From: Pseudomonadota bacterium
GTDB lineage: Bacteria; Desulfobacterota; Desulfobacteria; Desulfobacterales; RPRI01
Assembly: GCA_043825875.1 (NCBI GenBank)
Contig: JBDRRF010000041.1
Span: 35,888-99,887 of the forward strand
Direction of reading: 5' to 3'
DNA length: 64,000 nucleotides
The position numbers and the translations under genes are program-made. This document shows positions 59,566 to 64,000 of this stretch, piece after piece. The notes beneath the pieces were generated by a model. That model had not been told where the DNA came from. It saw only the letters and a list, made by a program, of their open reading frames with translations, and ran no database searches. Position 1 is the first letter of the stretch. Each line of letters opens with the position of its first letter.

Positions 59566-59852
59566 AGGCAGGAAAAGGTGGGATATCTGGGTCGTATTAT
59601 ACTATTAAACGTAATGCAGTATGTAACACTGATATCGATTTCCCGCCGATGGAATCTATCGGTAACGGCTGTTGGCAAAGCAGTTATATGCGGCCAGAAA
59701 CTCACAAAGGTAAAAAGGTATTTATTTTTAACAATTGATCCCATTCTAGCACCTTTGATAAGGAAACCAGAATGGGATCAATTACCTTAAGTTAAATCAA
59801 AATTTTGAAAAATTATCCGCCAAACTAAAAGATATATGTTCGACCGGAATTT

Positions 59853-61406
59853 TCACACATTTCCTTTACGGCCAAAAGGAATGCCAAGCTTGCGCATTTT
59901 CGTCCTGAGAGTTGAAGGATTAATATTCAATAGCTTCGCAGCACCTTTTTCCCCTCCCACACGGCCACCAGCCTTGTTCATGGCCTTTACAATTGCTTGT
60001 GTAGTTGCTTGTTCAAGATTGAGGGGGTTTTCCGTTTCACTTTCGGGTATTATTGTTTTTGCGCGAGGGATAATGTCGCCCAGATTGTCGAAAGCCAGTG
60101 GTTGTTCCCTGCCGAGGATAAGGGCGTGTTCAACTGCATTTTGCAATTCCCTGACATTGCCGGGCCAGTTGTAATTCATTAGTTTTTCAATTGCTCCTGG
60201 AGCAAGAGAGGGGATATTTACAAAACCCATCTCCCTGGTTTTTTTCATCATGAAATATTGCACAAGGGCTGGTATATCAGCGCGCCGGTCACGAAGTGGC
60301 GGAATAACAATTGGAAAAACCCGAAGGCGAAAATAAAGGTCTTCGCGGAATTTGCCCTCAGCCAGCATGGCCTCAAGATTGCGGTGCGTGGCGGTTATAA
60401 CACGAATGTCAACCTTGATGGTCTCTGTTCCGCCAACACGTTCAATCTCTTTTTCCTGTATTACCCGCAATAGCCTGATTTGCGCTCCCGGTGTTAACTC
60501 ACCAATCTCATCAAGAAAGATCGTACCTCCCTGGGCCCGCTCGAAACGTCCCCGTTTTTGTAAAAAAGCTCCTGTAAATGCGCCCTTCTCATGGCCGAAA
60601 AGCTCGCTATCCATAAGTGATTCCGGAATTGCGCCACAATTCACCTTAATAAAAGGACCGTTTTTGCGTAGCGACAGATTATGAATGGCCGTGGCCATGA
60701 CCTCTTTTCCGGTTCCGGTTTCTCCCAACAGGAGGACGGGGCTGGCCAGGGGTGCCACCTGGCCGGCCATTTCCATGACCTGCTTCAGGCCGAAATGAGC
60801 ACCTACAATTTCTTCTCCCGTTTGTTGCCGCAACTCTTGTTGCAAATACCGGTTGTCATCTGCCAGGCTCTCCTTGAGCTTCAAGACCTCCCTGTAACGC
60901 AGATAATTGGAAAGAGCGATGGTAAAAGGCTTATCCAAAAGCGTAAACAGTCGCACATGCTTTTCCGAATATTTTTCCCCTTTGTTATTACCGATAAAAA
61001 TACCTGCAATTAAATCCCATTCAGGATTTGAACCAATTCCCATAAAGGCGGCATCAGGATGGCCGATTACTTCAGACATAGGCCCCATTATAGGATGATC
61101 ACCGATTCGGTCAGCCACCAAAACTTTTGATAGCGTATCAGACTTTTTTCTTGTTTCCTCGATAATCCGTTTCGTATCTTCCTGGGCAATGGTTTTGACG
61201 GATGTAAGTATTCCTCCGTTTAAATCCGCTTTTGCAATGGTTTCACCTATTCCTGTATCTGTCTCATAAACATCTATAAGCATTATATCTGCCGGGATAT
61301 AGTCACGGATATACATAAAACAATCCCACAGTGCTCTTTCAATCTCCAGGCTTCCGCATATGCGTAGTGTGGCTTCCCGAAAAAAAATATTTTCATCAAT
61401 ATGCAT
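59853..61406 (-). CDS. Sigma-54-dependent transcriptional activator (GAF-like + AAA+ + Fis HTH)
   Basis: GETGTGKE, ELFGHEKGAFTGA, FLDEIGE, WPGNVRELQN, C-terminal HTH. Confidence 0.95.
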   Translation of the reverse strand: MHIDENIFFREATLRICGSLEIERALWDCFMYIRDYIPADIMLIDVYETDTGIGETIAKADLNGGILTSVKTIAQEDTKRIIEETRKKSDTLSKVLVADRIGDHPIMGPMSEVIGHPDAAFMGIGSNPEWDLIAGIFIGNNKGEKYSEKHVRLFTLLDKPFTIALSNYLRYREVLKLKESLADDNRYLQQELRQQTGEEIVGAHFGLKQVMEMAGQVAPLASPVLLLGETGTGKEVMATAIHNLSLRKNGPFIKVNCGAIPESLMDSELFGHEKGAFTGAFLQKRGRFERAQGGTIFLDEIGELTPGAQIRLLRVIQEKEIERVGGTETIKVDIRVITATHRNLEAMLAEGKFREDLYFRLRVFPIVIPPLRDRRADIPALVQYFMMKKTREMGFVNIPSLAPGAIEKLMNYNWPGNVRELQNAVEHALILGREQPLAFDNLGDIIPRAKTIIPESETENPLNLEQATTQAIVKAMNKAGGRVGGEKGAAKLLNINPSTLRTKMRKLGIPFGRKGNV

Positions 61407-61455
61407 GAGAATCTCCTATGTTGGTCAAATAAAGCGTATCTTATTTCGCACTTTA

Positions 61456-61493
61456 TCACAATAAGTGTGAATAACAACACATATAAGTGTTGT
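61456..61493. promoter_or_regulatory. Putative upstream activator sequences (tandem palindromes)
   Basis: TCACA-N5-TGTGA and ACAACAC-N6-GTGTTGT; ATAAGTGT repeated with 22-bp period. Confidence 0.55.
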
Positions 61494-61552
61494 ATTCCAT
61501 ATTTGCAAAAGCTTTAGTTGTTTATATAATTGTATTTATTAGTATAATTATT

Positions 61553-61569
61553 TTGGCACATTTTAAGCA
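61553..61569 (+). promoter_or_regulatory. Sigma-54 (-24/-12) promoter
   Basis: TTGGCACATTTTAAGCA: GG-N10-GC, divergent from the sigma-54 activator gene. Confidence 0.75.
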
Positions 61570-61655
61570 TAGGACATAAGGATTAGTTGGAAGTTGTTTT
61601 GTTGGCAAGAAGAAACGGGATTTGAAAAATTATACTGCTGAAGAAGGGGGTAAGG

Positions 61656-62570
61656 ATGTTTAACAAAACTTGTCTTTACGGTTTCATGATTCTTTTTATT
61701 GCCCTTGTTGCATATCCGGCCATGGCGGCAACGGATATTACCGTGCCTTCGAGCCAACAGTTAGAAAGTGGAACCGCTGCTGCCGTAGTTGATAATATGC
61801 AACTGCCGCCGGGATTCAACAATCCTAATCTTTCTGCAATTTGGATGCAGGAAAAACTCATGCTTGTTGTTTTTTTTATTGTACTCATATATCTTATTCG
61901 GAATAGCCGCCGTGCTAAGGAGCTGACTTTCGGCACGCTGCTGTTCATTGCCACAACAACCATGTTCTGGCAGGAACCATACGCTGATTGGGGCTGCTAC
62001 CTGCTATTCAATCCAAAGCTTACTCTTATGCCCTGGGGTTCTACTTTGTGGACTTCACCAAACAAGCCCTTGAATCTGATCTGGCAATATGGAGCTTTTT
62101 TCGCCGGCATATATTCTGTAATGTTATGGCTTGTCAGAAAACTGCATGCGCGGTATCCGCAATTGAGTAATCTCGGTGCGGTGCTTGTTATCGGTATTCC
62201 GATATTCTATCTCTTTGACTTGTTAGTGGAGGGACTTTGCGTAAAAAACGGCATTCACTCCTATATAAAACCTCTAATCGGCCCGGTGTTTGTTATGGCT
62301 AAGGGCAACTTTCCGCTTGTTTATCCGGTAGTGCCTTTCGTTTTTTATGCCGTAATTACCCTATGGGTGTTGAGATTGCGAGCTGCAAACGGGCATGTGC
62401 GATTCGAATCATCGTTCGGGGCGGAGCGTTTTGCTGCCGGTTGGCAGCGGGAACTGGTGCGTGTTATCATCTGGATTTTGGTCATGAATGGGCTTTACCT
62501 GCTTCTTTTCACGGGTCCTGCTGTTGCTATACGGGTGTTTCTTGGAGGGCCTTGCGCACTTGTGCCATGA
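61656..62570 (+). CDS. Spirocyclase AveC-like membrane protein
   Basis: Multi-TM protein with MFWQEPYADWGCYLLFNP...PW and FDLLVE...G..SY motifs recalled from the AveC-like family; N-terminal signal-like segment. Confidence 0.65.
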   Translation: MFNKTCLYGFMILFIALVAYPAMAATDITVPSSQQLESGTAAAVVDNMQLPPGFNNPNLSAIWMQEKLMLVVFFIVLIYLIRNSRRAKELTFGTLLFIATTTMFWQEPYADWGCYLLFNPKLTLMPWGSTLWTSPNKPLNLIWQYGAFFAGIYSVMLWLVRKLHARYPQLSNLGAVLVIGIPIFYLFDLLVEGLCVKNGIHSYIKPLIGPVFVMAKGNFPLVYPVVPFVFYAVITLWVLRLRAANGHVRFESSFGAERFAAGWQRELVRVIIWILVMNGLYLLLFTGPAVAIRVFLGGPCALVP

Positions 62571-62715
62571 TTTGCTTTATTATTGAAAAGATCGTTTATT
62601 ATTTGAGTTGCAAGCAGGTAAGTCAAATGTCTCTGAAAGATATAAAATATTTAAAAAAAGAAGGGTATGTAGATAATAAATAATTAGAGGTTAGCGATTA
62701 AAAGGAGGAATAAAT

Positions 62716-63792
62716 ATGACAACAGAAAAAGAAGCCAGGACAAATGCCACGCTGGATGATCAACTCAGCTATAAAGAGACCCTGCCCAAGGGCGTTTCGT
62801 ATATGGAAAACAACGGCTTTTTGGTCATGGCCGAGACCGAGGAAGGAGAGGAGATTTCCTTTGTAAGTTGCATTTTCCGCGTGGGTGGCGGCAAGAAGGG
62901 CCCATGGCAGGTCGAGGACAAGTTTGTTGGACAAACCACTTTCCAGATCAAGCCCAAGGGATTTACAGGTACGATCAACGACCTCGATTTCATCAGCAAC
63001 CGCACTTGGGCGACTGACGACTGGAAAAGCGGCGAAGTCATCAAGACCGAGGATGCGGTGATCTGGAAGCTGGATAACTGGCAATACATCTGCCGCCCCC
63101 CCTACTGGGAACTCAAGGGTGAGCACATGGGCATTGAATTCGATCTGCTCTTAAGCGGTATTGGTGACGCCTCATTTCACAAAGGAATCTATGCCGATTT
63201 TGCTAAGAACAACGTTGCCGGCTATGAGGCTCCGCTGTGCTGCGAGGGCACCTTCAAAGTTGAAGGCAAGACTTACAAATTGAGGAAAGACAAATCTTTT
63301 GGTTGCCAGGAAAAGTTCACCCAACCGGCGTGGGATCTGGCCAAGGTGCTCAGAGGAGAGACCTACTACTGGATCTGGTGGGCGAACGAATCTGTGCGGA
63401 TCTTCATTTATTATTATCCCTCCGTGGGGAAAGCATATAGCCAAGTGATGGTCGAAGACCAGGAAGTGGACTTTTCCGAAAACGGCACAAGTAATATCAA
63501 GATGGAAGAACTGGAGTATTGGATCGATCCCAAGACGAGAATGCGGATTCCTGTCAAGTGGCACTTTACCTTAAAGTCGGCAAAAGGGGAGATCAATCTT
63601 GATGCATCGGCTGAGTCACGGACTTTTTATGGCTACCTGAGCGAATCCGGTGCCACCATGCATTACGGCCTGCATAGCCATAGTCTGGGCGAAATGAATT
63701 TAGCCGATGGCCGCAAGATTCCGCTTAAGGATATGCGTACTTACATCGAGCATGGCTGGTGTGCAATACCGTTGCCGGCCTTTGCATGTTAA
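62716..63792 (+). CDS. Uncharacterised CrtC/AttH-like protein, paralogue 3 of 3
   Basis: AGGAGG RBS; RPPYWELKGEHMG, GYEA, WIDPKTRMRIPVKW, YIEHGW. Confidence 0.7.
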   Translation: MTTEKEARTNATLDDQLSYKETLPKGVSYMENNGFLVMAETEEGEEISFVSCIFRVGGGKKGPWQVEDKFVGQTTFQIKPKGFTGTINDLDFISNRTWATDDWKSGEVIKTEDAVIWKLDNWQYICRPPYWELKGEHMGIEFDLLLSGIGDASFHKGIYADFAKNNVAGYEAPLCCEGTFKVEGKTYKLRKDKSFGCQEKFTQPAWDLAKVLRGETYYWIWWANESVRIFIYYYPSVGKAYSQVMVEDQEVDFSENGTSNIKMEELEYWIDPKTRMRIPVKWHFTLKSAKGEINLDASAESRTFYGYLSESGATMHYGLHSHSLGEMNLADGRKIPLKDMRTYIEHGWCAIPLPAFAC

Positions 63793-63870
63793 GGCTTTAA
63801 GGCATAAGAGCCGCTGAGCAGATAATTAATAGAATAGTATTACTACGACTTATTTAAATGGAGAATGTAA

Positions 63871-64000
63871 ATGGCAAACAATAAAACTGAAGTTGCAGCA
63901 GATAAAACCGTGCTCTATCCAAAAGCGATAGGCTACATATCCATGGTTGATCCCAAGGAATCGGTTTGTCAGGATTGCAGAAGTTGTGAGCTGTATTGCG
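63871..64000 (+). CDS. Partial 4Fe-4S dicluster protein (truncated by window end)
   Basis: GGAG RBS; MANNKTEV...CQDCRSCELYC. Confidence 0.75.
   Translation, partial: MANNKTEVAADKTVLYPKAIGYISMVDPKESVCQDCRSCELYC

Noticed and set aside
114..63596. Many short ORFs antisense to or overlapping the long genes (e.g. 20785-21492, 25690-26208, 44106-44633)
   Set aside because: They are shadow frames of well-supported genes and have no recognisable motifs

Overview
This 64-kb window holds a dense catabolic and redox island, almost all on the minus strand. Gene content suggests an anaerobic Gram-negative bacterium, possibly Desulfobacterota/Syntrophales-like (inference). It carries two paralogous DUF1302-DUF1329-RND(MMPL)-YCF48 envelope modules, five SDRs, an OYE/FadH flavoenzyme and two aldehyde:ferredoxin oxidoreductases. 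It also has two cytoplasmic Mo/W-bisPGD enzymes with an unusual C-x3-D-x3-C motif, a 4-hydroxybenzoyl-CoA-reductase-like set with two alpha subunits, a 2-hydroxyacyl-CoA dehydratase/benzoyl-CoA reductase-like pair and three CCG-domain Fe-S proteins. Further genes encode an AveC-like membrane protein and three paralogues of an uncharacterised CrtC/AttH-like protein. Regulators include a PAS-LuxR protein and a sigma-54 activator with a visible -24/-12 promoter. The most unusual regulators are a family that fuses an XRE HTH, a GNAT-like domain and a catalytically dead IS1-family transposase N-terminus. It has two intact copies and one pseudogene, each divergent from a catabolic gene block. I saw no rRNA, tRNA or CRISPR array. 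All calls come from motif recognition by eye; no database search was run.
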